Assembly: GCA_019828565.1 (NCBI GenBank)
Contig: JAHDYR010000018.1
Span: 1 to 22,010, forward strand
From: Carpediemonas membranifera BICM
Lineage: Eukaryota; Protista; Fornicata
Direction of reading: 5' to 3'
DNA length: 22,010 bases
Shown here: one piece after another, positions 1-8,639 of the stretch
How positions within the stretch are numbered: position 1 is the first letter of the stretch
Layout: every line of letters begins with the position of its first letter
Position numbers and translations under genes: made by a program
The notes under the pieces: model-generated
Database searches by the model: none
What the model saw: the letters and a program-made list of their open reading frames with translations, nothing else
Told to the model about the DNA's origin: nothing

Positions 1-200
1 TCGTCCTCCAGAGCTTGGTATGCGTCCTTGATACTTGTTCTCACTTTCGCGTCGATGCACTCGAAGAGGGTCTTCGGCTTGACCTCATCTTCAGCATAGA
101 GTGCGTAGCTCATGCGGAACCTCACCCAGTCGGCTGCAGTGTGCCGGAGATACTTCGGGTAAGTCCCTTTTGGGTCGTCGTCATCGTCATCCTTCTTCAT
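1..200 (-). CDS. Partial hypothetical protein (N-terminus; runs off window edge)
   Basis: ATG at 200, preceded by an in-frame TAA, and open to position 1: MKKDDDDDDPKGTYPKYLRHTAADWVRFRMSYALYAEDEVKPKTLFECIDAKVRTSIKDAYQALED. Same strand as all neighbours. Absent from the ORF track because it has no stop in the window. Confidence 0.6.
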   Translation of the reverse strand, partial: MKKDDDDDDPKGTYPKYLRHTAADWVRFRMSYALYAEDEVKPKTLFECIDAKVRTSIKDAYQALED

Positions 201-492
201 GCGTAGTAATTACTGTGCTATTGAAGGGTCAAACAATGTGTTTACTGAGGAGGTTTAGACCCGTGGTGGTGTAAATGGTCCAAACTAGGGGATTTGAATG
301 CATCAGCCTGTCTGACTCACGACCATTGTCCCAACCGCGATAGAAGCAGCCATGAGCACCCAAAGCGGCTGCAGCATAGCACACCACACATCAGCTTCTT
401 ATTGCCCAAGACGACGCCACCGGGCCAAGCTCGTTACCCGCCCATGGTGCTCTGCTCTTTCTTTACAATCTAATAAATACACTTAACAGCGG

Positions 493-2850
493 TCAGTCGC
501 GGTCAATCGCGATCGTCATCCGCGCTCTCCCGGCCTGTACTTCTGGTGGCACTACGATAGTCTGACTGCCGGTCGCCCCCATTCCCACGGTACCCCACCG
601 CGTCGTAGTCGCCACGGTCTCCCGCAGTCCCTCCAGCCAGGACTGGTGCTGGTCCATGATGGTCTTCGACTCCTGCCGTGCCCGCATTGACCGGATCAAA
701 TCATTGATCGCTGAACTGTACCGGGCCTGCCGTATCCTCCTGTTCCTTGGGCTCTCGGTCGGGAAGGCTGGGGCGTGAGTCCTGTGGCGGCGGCTGACCC
801 TGAAGCTCTCATCCGACAGGCCCGAGTCGGACCCAGCCAGCTCCTCGGCCAGCCCGGCAAACGGCCCGGCGTCGCTCATCACAGTCGCCTTCTGGTGTAT
901 GTGCTTGGCCTCCTTGTAGTCCAGCCGATCGCCGTTGATCTCCTCGACAAACACCTGCATCGACTTCCGGACCTTCTTGAGCACGTCATACGCTGGCTTC
1001 TTCGACTCATCCCTGGAGCATGTTGCCTTGGCATCCGACGCGTACTCATCGATCTGCCGGATAACACGCGACAGGAGGGAGTGCTTGGCCTCGAGAGCCT
1101 CATACCGCGAGGCAAGAATGCGCTTGCCCTCGGCGAGGACGTTGGGCTTCGAGCTCTCTGCCTGACGCAGGGCCTCCCGAAGCTCGCCAATGGTGGCCTC
1201 GAGGAGGTCTTTCTCGCCCTGGAGCCTGGCCGTCCGGCTGTTGGCCTCCTTAAGCTTGTGCTCAAGCAAAGTGACAGCGGAGGTGTCGCCAGCGCTCTGT
1301 GCCAGCCTGTCCCGCTCCGTCTTGAGCTCGGCGTACGACCGCTCGAGCTTCTCCTTCTCGGCCCTAAGCCGGTCTGCGGTGTCATCAGAGGAGGCCCGGC
1401 GGAGCTGATGCTCGAGGTCGCTGACTTTCGCCTGGAGCTTGGCCTTCTCGGACCTGAGGTCGCTGACGACCCGATCTTGCTCAAGCTGCTCCATCTGCAT
1501 GCGGGAGAGACGCTCGTTCTGCGCCTTGAGCTCCTGTTCGAGCGATGCGACCGTGGCCGAGTTACCGGCGCTCTCGGCAAGCTTGTCCCGGTCGGCCTTG
1601 AGCTCGGCGTAGGCTGCCTCCAACCGGCCCTTCTCACCTCTCAGTTGGTCGGCCGTGTCATCAGCAGACGCCCGCCGCAGCTTGTGCTCGAGATCCGCGA
1701 CCGTGCTCTGCAGCTTGGCCTTCTCCGACCGGACGTCACTCAGAGCCTTATCCTGCTCGAGCTGCTCGGACTGGAGTCGGGCGACCCGGTCCTGCTGGGC
1801 CTTCAGCTCCATCTCCAGGCTGCTTAAAGCTGCGGTCCCCGAGCCCGAGGACTGCTGCTCGACGAGCCGGTCTCTCTCGGCCTTGAGCTCCGTGTATGCC
1901 CGCTGCAGCTTCTCTTTCTCAGCTTCGACTCGGGCCGCGGTGTCGTCCGTCGAGGCGCGGTGCAGCTTATGCTCGAGATCAGCCACTGTCGTTTGCAGCT
2001 TCGCCCTCTCTGCCCTGAGCTCGCTGAGGGTCTTGTCCTGCTCGAGCTGCTCCGTCTGCAGCCGGGTGACACGCTCCTTCTGCACCTTGAGGTCCTGCTC
2101 CAGAGATGATACAGCGGAGGTGTCGCCAGCGCTCTGTGCCAGCCTGTCCCGCTCCGTCTTGAGCTCGGCGTACGACCGCTCGAGCTTCTCCTTCTCGGCC
2201 CTAAGCCGGTCTGCGGTGTCATCAGAGGAGGCCCGGCGGAGCTGATGCTCGAGGTCGCTGACTTTCGCCTGGAGCTTGGCCTTCTCGGACCTGACGTCGG
2301 ACACGGGCTTTGAGTCGGACTGCCGGGCGGGGTCCGGCCTCACCCGGCTCTGGGTCTGCACTGGCGTTGCTGCACCGGAGACTGGGCTGTCTAGGCTCCC
2401 GAGCGGCGGGAGTTGCTTCCCTACCGGGGTGCTGAGCGTCTTGGGGAGGGCCGTGAGGGGGGGCTTGCCCTTGAGGCTCTCCCGAGGCGAAATCATCGAC
2501 TTGATCGCACTAGAACTCGAGCTTGCTACTGAGGAACCCTTGAGGGACGAACCCTTGGCCTTGGCGGCCTTGGCGTCCTTGTACTTCTGGCGGTAGAGCT
2601 GGTCGCACGGGTGTTCCCAGATGGATTCAGACGATTTGAAGTTGAAGTAGAATATTTCACCGTCATTTGTCTGGCAAGGCTTCCAGTCCGGCGGTAATGG
2701 CGTTTTCAGTGCCTCGCGTGCGATGTGAAAGAACTCTCGGTCTTTGGAGACATCCATGCCCAAATAAGCCGCATATTCCTTGACTTCATCATCAGTAGGC
2801 TCGTATGAAGGATCAATCACCTCCTCCAGTACCGTACATTCGTCATTCAT
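493..2850 (-). CDS. CEP164: CEP164-like protein (N-terminal CEP164-type helical + WW domain, repeated coiled coil), 785 aa
   Basis: N-terminus VLEEVIDPSYEPTDDEVKEYAAYLGMD...IAREALKTPLPPDWKPCQTNDGEIFYFNFKSSESIWEHPCD matches the CEP164-family N-terminal/WW signature, followed by long heptad coiled coil. Protists often carry several paralogues of this N-terminus, so orthology is uncertain. Confidence 0.75.
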   Translation of the reverse strand: MNDECTVLEEVIDPSYEPTDDEVKEYAAYLGMDVSKDREFFHIAREALKTPLPPDWKPCQTNDGEIFYFNFKSSESIWEHPCDQLYRQKYKDAKAAKAKGSSLKGSSVASSSSSAIKSMISPRESLKGKPPLTALPKTLSTPVGKQLPPLGSLDSPVSGAATPVQTQSRVRPDPARQSDSKPVSDVRSEKAKLQAKVSDLEHQLRRASSDDTADRLRAEKEKLERSYAELKTERDRLAQSAGDTSAVSSLEQDLKVQKERVTRLQTEQLEQDKTLSELRAERAKLQTTVADLEHKLHRASTDDTAARVEAEKEKLQRAYTELKAERDRLVEQQSSGSGTAALSSLEMELKAQQDRVARLQSEQLEQDKALSDVRSEKAKLQSTVADLEHKLRRASADDTADQLRGEKGRLEAAYAELKADRDKLAESAGNSATVASLEQELKAQNERLSRMQMEQLEQDRVVSDLRSEKAKLQAKVSDLEHQLRRASSDDTADRLRAEKEKLERSYAELKTERDRLAQSAGDTSAVTLLEHKLKEANSRTARLQGEKDLLEATIGELREALRQAESSKPNVLAEGKRILASRYEALEAKHSLLSRVIRQIDEYASDAKATCSRDESKKPAYDVLKKVRKSMQVFVEEINGDRLDYKEAKHIHQKATVMSDAGPFAGLAEELAGSDSGLSDESFRVSRRHRTHAPAFPTESPRNRRIRQARYSSAINDLIRSMRARQESKTIMDQHQSWLEGLRETVATTTRWGTVGMGATGSQTIVVPPEVQAGRARMTIAIDRD
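1180..2297 (-). repeat. Four intragenic tandem units of about 92-95 aa (276-285 nt); 1274-1457 and 2111-2294 are a 184-bp identical pair
   Basis: Recurring (V/L)RSEKAKLQ..V.DLEH.L.RAS.DDTA..L..EK..L...Y.ELK.ERD.L motif. By-eye comparison finds units 1 and 4 identical over 184 nt at an offset of 837 (276+285+276). Confidence 0.92.
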
Positions 2851-3019
2851 GGCCCGAATTTCAATTCAGAATTTGCACTAAACTGCGAAGAAGAGAACCA
2901 AGTTTATTTGGACGAATTGGCGCTTATATGAAGCTGTAGAGCTGCTGTAGACACGCTGACTCAAAGCAGTGCGACATCGAGAATCGCAGACTCGCGCTTG
3001 TCAAGCCGACGCTCAAGGA

Positions 3020-3374
3020 TCACTTGGTCATCATGCGCTGGAAGAAGGAGTCCATACGCGCCCCGCCGATGTTGATGACCACGGGGCAGCCATCGCGGTC
3101 CTTGCCATGTCGGACGCATTCCTTGCAGTAGTGAGCGTCATCAGTCGCACGAGAGCCGCATACTATGCACTTGTCCTTGTATCCTGACTGGTAGCAGTCC
3201 TCGCATATCAATACAGGCTCGTCCTGGTGCACAAATGAGTCGCACAGCGGGCATCGGCCCTGGCAGTTCGCACAGACTCTCCCGGCATGCATTCCAGCAA
3301 GTTTGCGGCATAAGATAAGATCTGCTTCTGTGTAAACGCCTGTGTATGCCGAACTAACGATGTTTCACAGCCAT
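3020..3374 (-). CDS. PHF5A: PHF5A/Rds3 (SF3b zinc-knot splicing factor), 107 aa; exons 3374-3359 and 3327-3020
   Basis: Splicing gives MAVKHQADLILCRKLAGMHAGRVCANCQGRCPLCDSFV...CEDC...CIVC...HYCKEC...KDRDGCP, the PHF5A CxxC pattern with the conserved KDRDGCP motif. Confidence 0.95.
3328..3358 (-). other. 31-nt spliceosomal intron (phase 1)
   Basis: GTTAGT...TTTACACAG. Removal restores the conserved PHF5A N-terminus (KHxxDLIxCRK). Confidence 0.92.
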
Positions 3375-3482
3375 CAAACCAAATGATTTGACCACCCAAA
3401 CAGGCCACATGACCGTATGCGCCCTAGTCCTGACTCTACTGGCACACACGAGAGTCTATACTGTTTAAAACTTAAAAAACAA

Positions 3483-5204
3483 CTACCGTCCCGACTCGAA
3501 CCTCCGCATGCCGTCCTTGATTGCGCGGCACAACTCCTCCGCGAGCTCGGGCGTCTTGAGGATGTTCTCCCTGGGCGAGTCCTCCCCCTCGATCGTCATG
3601 TACAGGGTCGACCCCTCCACCTGGACTGCGGCGACTGTGGCGAAGTGGGTCTCGGTCTGAATGTGGGAGCCGCGCATGTTCATGACAGAGTCCCGCGTCA
3701 GCTTGAACACCCGGTTCTGTCGCTTGCCGTACTTGTTGACCTTGACGAGGTCATACGCCACCGGGACGGGCTTGGCGTGGTATGCCCAGATCATCTCGAA
3801 CACCTCGCCGAGGACCTCGTCCCTGATTCTGATGTTGGTGCACTCATACGTCCTAGGGTGCCCGTCCTCGCCCTTGTCGCGGTGCGGGAAGTACCCGGGC
3901 GTGTCCTTTGAGATGTCCGGCGGGTTTCCGTGGACGATGACGAGCGTCGGGGTGTGGGCGGGCGCCATGAGGGCGCTCATCTCCGACACGAGCAGCTCGT
4001 TCTTGATCTGCTGCTCCTGCTTGTCGATGTTGAGCAGGGAGTTCAAGGTGAGCTTAATCACCCTGTTCTGACGCTTGCCCTTCTTATTGACCTTGACGAC
4101 GTGGTACTCCTTCACCCTCGGCTCCTTCGGGTTGTACCACGGTTCGGGCCCAATGCGGGGCGCCTCGGGTAGCATCTCCACGAGCGCGGCGACGGGCGCG
4201 TACTTCTCCCCCAGCAGGCCTCTAAGCTTGGCCCCGTGGGTCGACAGGAGCCTGTGGGCGATGGCGAGCTCCCGGAGCTGGAAGCGGTTCATCAGCGCGG
4301 GGTCCTCGAGGTCGAGCGGCGTGGGGTCGAGGATGTCCGCGAAGTCCTTGCCCTCTGGGTCCTCCGTGAGGGCGAGCAGGTGAGCACAGACGGGGGCGAG
4401 GTTCTTCTCGATGAAGGGGTTCATCGGCTTCATGTAGTCCTCCTTATCTCCAAACATCACGCCGTTCGACAGCGCCTGGAGCATTTTAGCGACGAGGACG
4501 AGGTTCCGACGGGATCTGACGCCGCAAGTCATCGAGGGCGGGAGGACGCCGTAGTAGTCGGGCACAGACAGTCCGGGGTTCAGGAAGCGGAGGATGTAGA
4601 CGTTCCCTATGAGCGGGATGGCCTGCTCCTCGCTGTACTTCTCCCGTGCGGTCCTGTAGAGCAGGGCGAGCAGGGCGCGGAGGGGGCGGGGGATGGCCGC
4701 GACGACCGCGTCGGACAGGAGGTGGTCCAGGAGCTTCTGGGAGTACTCGATGAGCAGCTCCTGCTTCTTTTCGAGGTCGCTTACGGTCTTATCGTAGTCG
4801 ACCTCCATCGTCAGCATCCGCTGCTGGCACAGGTCCGTTACGAAGGGGCGGAGCGTGTTCACCAGGAAGTCGCTGCTGGTATGCAGGATAAACTCACCGG
4901 TGAAGCGGTTGGGCAGGCGGGAACGCTCCCGCATGAAAGTCGTGATGTCGTTTTTGGCGAAGGCGAATTCCGCATCTAGAAGTGGAGGCATAAGCGCTAG
5001 CATGCTGGGCTCGTCGCCGCATGCCTTGAGTAGGAATCTTGCGAGGCCCGGATACTCTGAAGCAGGGATGTTGTTAGAGATCGTGGCACATACTCTGTGT
5101 TAGAAGTCGTAGGGGCATGCGTACTCGCCAGCATCACGGTAGAACGCGATTAGGTTCTTATAGTCGTGTCTGAGCTGTTCGAAATACTCGCCAGTCCAAC
5201 TCAT
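3483..5204 (-). CDS. Ras GTPase-activating protein with two C-terminal PH-like repeats, 563 aa; exons 5204-5125 and 5094-3483
   Basis: RasGAP motifs: arginine-finger region TTFMRERS, FLR-like YILRFLNPGLSVP, RRNLVLVAKMLQALSNG, FGDKEDYMKPMNPFI. The C-terminus has two VKVNKxGKRQNRVxKLT repeats. Confidence 0.9.
5095..5124 (-). other. 30-nt spliceosomal intron (phase 2) containing an in-frame TAA
   Basis: GTACGC...CTAACACAG. Removal joins the MSWTGEY...DAGE exon in frame to the RasGAP ORF. Confidence 0.88.
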
Positions 5205-5423
5205 GCCGTGAGCTGGGACGAAACAATGTTGTGGCTGGTGCACCTTAAGGTTTGGGCTGCTGAGCCGCAGAGGCATCCGTGAAGCGTTTAGAGGATACAT
5301 TGTACAGTATACAGCATATAGCTAGTTGGCCGCATTTTATCCACGCACACCGAGCTTGGTCTGGCTTAAACAAGCTAGTCTTTATAACAAACGCTGGGAA
5401 AAGTGGTCGTCGTCGTCTGATAG

Positions 5424-5745
5424 TCATGCGGTCTTCTGCTTGGCAGTGCCCGCCACATGCTGGGGCATGTCGGAGCGGCAGATCTTGATCGAGGGCACAA
5501 GGTCTGCAACAACTCGCTTGTATACATCGCTGGGAGTATAGAGATAGCGGTAGTCGGGGTTCTTGTGCACTGCGTAAAACTGTCAAGAAGCACTTACTGA
5601 AGGCTACGTCCTTATCGAGCTGCCGCTGGACGAAGGCGACGATCTTGGTGAAGCCAAGCGACTCAATAGCAGCAAAGAGGAATGCTACGTTCAATGTGAT
5701 AAGAAAGGCGATGAAAACAATGACAGCGGCGTCGAATGCGATCAT
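5424..5745 (-). CDS. Small hypothetical protein with N-terminal hydrophobic segment, 97 aa; exons 5745-5598 and 5569-5424
   Basis: MIAFDAAVIVFIAFLITLNVAFLFAAIESLGF... After removing a canonical intron it continues MHKNPDYRYLYTPSDVYKRVVADLVPSIKICRSDMPQHVAGTAKQKTA*. No family recognised. Confidence 0.7.
5570..5597 (-). other. 28-nt spliceosomal intron (phase 1)
   Basis: GTAAGT...TTTACGCAG. Matches the size and consensus of the introns supported by homology. Confidence 0.8.
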
Positions 5746-5863
5746 CTACGAACAATTTGTTCAAAACTGCACCAGGGTACTAACATCGTGTTCGACAGCC
5801 TAAGGGCGGCTTTAAAGCTCTCTACCGTCATAACATGTATACTATACACCACTAACACAGCCC

Positions 5864-6728
5864 TCACGGCTCATCAAGCTCCCGGGCCCGGACCCTTGCC
5901 GAGTACCGGCACCACAGGGCAAAGCTGAGCCTTGCAAGAGACCACAGCACCGGGCCGACGATGAGCCCGGCCACACCAAAGGGGACCCACAACAGCTCTA
6001 TGTGCAGCAGGCGGTAGTTGATGATCTCGACGGTGCAGATGAGTATGGCGGCCAGCACGATGCCCACACCCGCACCGACAGAGGCATACTGGATGGCGAT
6101 GAACGAGACGAGGCTGAGGGTCCTCTTGAACGCTGTGGTGGTCTGGCTGGCCTTCTTATCGTCCTTGGCCTCGCGCTTCATGTGGCCGTCCGATGGTGTC
6201 CCCATGGTCGATATGGCGACGATCGAGCAGGGCGCCAGGAGGAGGGGGACTACGACTACCACTACTACGATGGGGATGAGGGTGACGGAGAAGAATACTG
6301 TCTGGTTCCATGAATTGGTGGCGAAGATGGTGACGATACCGAGAAGGACAGTCACAACGTACACGAAGCCCATGATCACGAGGTTGAGGGTGGCTATCTT
6401 GGTGTATCTCCGCTGGAGGTGTACTGTCCATATCACAAGGAGGGTGGCATGGATGGTCCCAAAGAGCGTGAGGACGGGGACGAGAACAAACGGCAGGTAG
6501 AACCAGTACGTGCCGCCGAGGAACTCGGAGCTATAGATATATACAGAAACAGAGGATAAAAGGACGCTCACAATAAAACTGAAGGTGATAAGGACTAGTA
6601 AAGCTTGAATCGAGTGAAGAAACGGGTTGCGGCCAAACTTATTCACATGAACCTGGGTAACAAAGAGTAATACGCCAACAAACCGCAATGTTTTCTGCTG
6701 CTCGTTCATCGCCAACAAGATCAGGCAT
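5864..6728 (-). CDS. Multi-pass membrane protein of unknown family (about 277-281 aa)
   Basis: Six to seven long hydrophobic segments. Start is either ATG 6728 with intron 6683-6653 removed (MPDLVGDERAAENIA|VHVNKF) or ATG 6709 unspliced (MNEQQKTL). Confidence 0.75.
6653..6683 (-). other. Probable 31-nt spliceosomal intron (phase 0)
   Basis: GTTTGT...GTTACCCAG fits the window consensus and links upstream ATG 6728 in frame. No homology support. Confidence 0.6.
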
Positions 6729-6833
6729 CAGCCAAACCTGACATATCCTGCACAATTTGGGCCTTATCATGCACTACAGTTTCACTTGACAGTGCAAAGC
6801 CTGGAAATAGCAAATCCTTTACAAAACGATATT

Positions 6834-8307
6834 CTACTCGTACTTGGCCATGAACTCCCGGTGGAAGCGGGGGACGTTCTCCAGGTACTCGTCGAAGGCA
6901 CTGCCCTTGGGAAGGATGGTGGTCCTAAAGTGCCATGTGCCCTCGACCTGGTTGAACCCGCTGCCGGGGACGACGCACACACCAATGGCATCAAGCATGG
7001 CCATGCAGTAGAAGAGGTCGGGGGCCTGACCAACAGCCTCAGCGGCCTCGATGAGCTTGGAGGGCAGGGTCAGCTTGGGGAAGGCGTAGAGAGCACCCTC
7101 GACCGGCTGGCAGGAGACGCCCTCGATGGAGTTGAACATCGCCTCAGACCTGGCCGCCCGGGACTTCAGTGAGTCGAGAATGGAGTCGCGCTCGGTTCTA
7201 TAAACCTTAGCGGCAGGACTGTCGCCCTGGGGCGGGTTGACCATGAGGCCGACGGCCAGCTGACCCAGGGTGTTGGGGCAGAGGTTGATGGAGGCCAGCT
7301 TGTACAGCTGGTCCTTGATCTCGGGGGTGAAGTTCGTGAGCTCGGTGTATCCGCCGCGGAGTCCGCACTCGCCGAGGAAGCCCTTGGAGATTGAGTGGAA
7401 CGAGGCAAGCTCGAGGCCGAGGCACTTGTCCTGGGACTCGAGGGTGCGGAGGACCTTCTTGAACGAGACGAAGCGCTTGGTGTCGACGTAAATGTTCTCT
7501 TGGTAGACCTCGTCGGCGAGGACAACCAGGTTCTTGGCGTAGGCCCACTCGAGGATGTCGGCAATGGCCTGCTCAGTGAGGACGCCGCCGGTGGGGTTGC
7601 CTGGGTTGATCACGGCGATGGAGCGCACGTCGATGCCCTTGGCGACGGCGTCGTCGTAGGCGGCCTGGAGGTCCTCAACGCGGACGGACCAGCCCTCCTC
7701 CTCGCACAGGGCGTAGGAGACGGCGTGGGCGCCGAGGAGTGCAAGTGACCCGGACTGTGTGAGGGGGGCGGGGGGAACGGACGTAGAGGGGGTACTGGGG
7801 CATGGGGATCATCACACCGCTCTTGTCGTCACGGCAGAGGATGTTGAGGACCATCTTCACACCGGGCGAGGCGCCGTCGGTGAGGAAGATCTCGTCGCTG
7901 TTGGCGGGGAAGTTGTCGCGGGCCGAGATAAAGTCCGCTACCTCATTGCGGACAGACGTGTAGCCCTGGGAATGGGTGTACGCGCCCATGCCGTTGGGGT
8001 TGCGGGCAAGGAAGCTGCGAGCACGCTCGACAACACAGTCGTCAAAGCCGAGGTCGGCGTTGTCGAGGAGCTCGGGGCACACACAGAGGGCGGAAACCTG
8101 CCTCAGGAAGGTAATGGGGCGCTGTCTGAGCGCCTGAGGGTTGCCAATGTTGCAATTGACCACAGTCTCGAACGGGAACTGCTTTCCGGCCTTCAGCTCC
8201 TCAGAAATCTGGATTGCACGCAGAGGAACGGCTCCACGGACAGCATATTGGGCCTGAACGACGTTCTGATTGATAGTATCGATCCTAAGATGCTGATAGG
8301 TGGCCAT
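6834..8307 (-). CDS. GPT: Alanine aminotransferase (class I PLP enzyme), 481 aa; exons 8307-7783 and 7754-6834
   Basis: YAVRG, CNIGNPQ, GAYTHSQG, IFLTDGAS, PQYPLY|SGSLALLG, INPGNPTG, LADEVYQENIY, PLP-lysine motif SFHSISKGFLGECGLRGGY, VPGSGFNQVEGTWHFRTTIL. Confidence 0.96.
7755..7782 (-). other. 28-nt spliceosomal intron (phase 0)
   Basis: GTCCGT...CTCACACAG. Removal restores the conserved PQYPLYS motif and joins two ORF-track fragments. Confidence 0.95.
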
Positions 8308-8639
8308 GTCGGCGGAGTGAGGATGTATCTACGAGAACTTCGGAGATGACGTAGATTGACTCTCCGCGACTAGACAAAACAAGACTGCAGACACGCCCAA
8401 CAGACGCGTGTGGGCCGTGCCGGGGGGCCGATCTTGAGATCGTGTGACAAGATTTTGAATTTTGTGTGTCCCCAATGCTTGTGAGAAGGCAGCTGATTTT
8501 GCCCCATTGACATGAGAATATAAGTGGAGGGTTTGCTTGGCCATTTGGGAGTGTTTATGCGATACTATGAGAGGCTCGGCACCTCTCCACTTGACACGAC
8601 GAGTCTCGTCCATCAAGCAGCACCAACCATTCACGGGAT

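Noticed and set aside
201-492. LTR / primer-binding site upstream of the edge ORF
   Set aside because: The TGG-initiated sequence near 325 does not match a tRNA 3'-end pattern, and no second LTR copy is in the window.
1180-2297. CRISPR-like array or LTR element reading of the repeats
   Set aside because: The repeats are long, in-frame coding units; the interior consists of diverged copies of the same unit, with no spacers or transposon genes.
5095-5128. GC-AG intron using GCGAGT as donor in RasGAP
   Set aside because: It gives the wrong frame; the GT donor at 5124 restores the ORF.
6834-8307. ALT (likewise PHF5A, IFT56, PSMA6) as frameshifted pseudogenes or programmed frameshift/readthrough cases
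   Set aside because: Each break is exactly explained by a GT-AG intron that restores conserved motifs.
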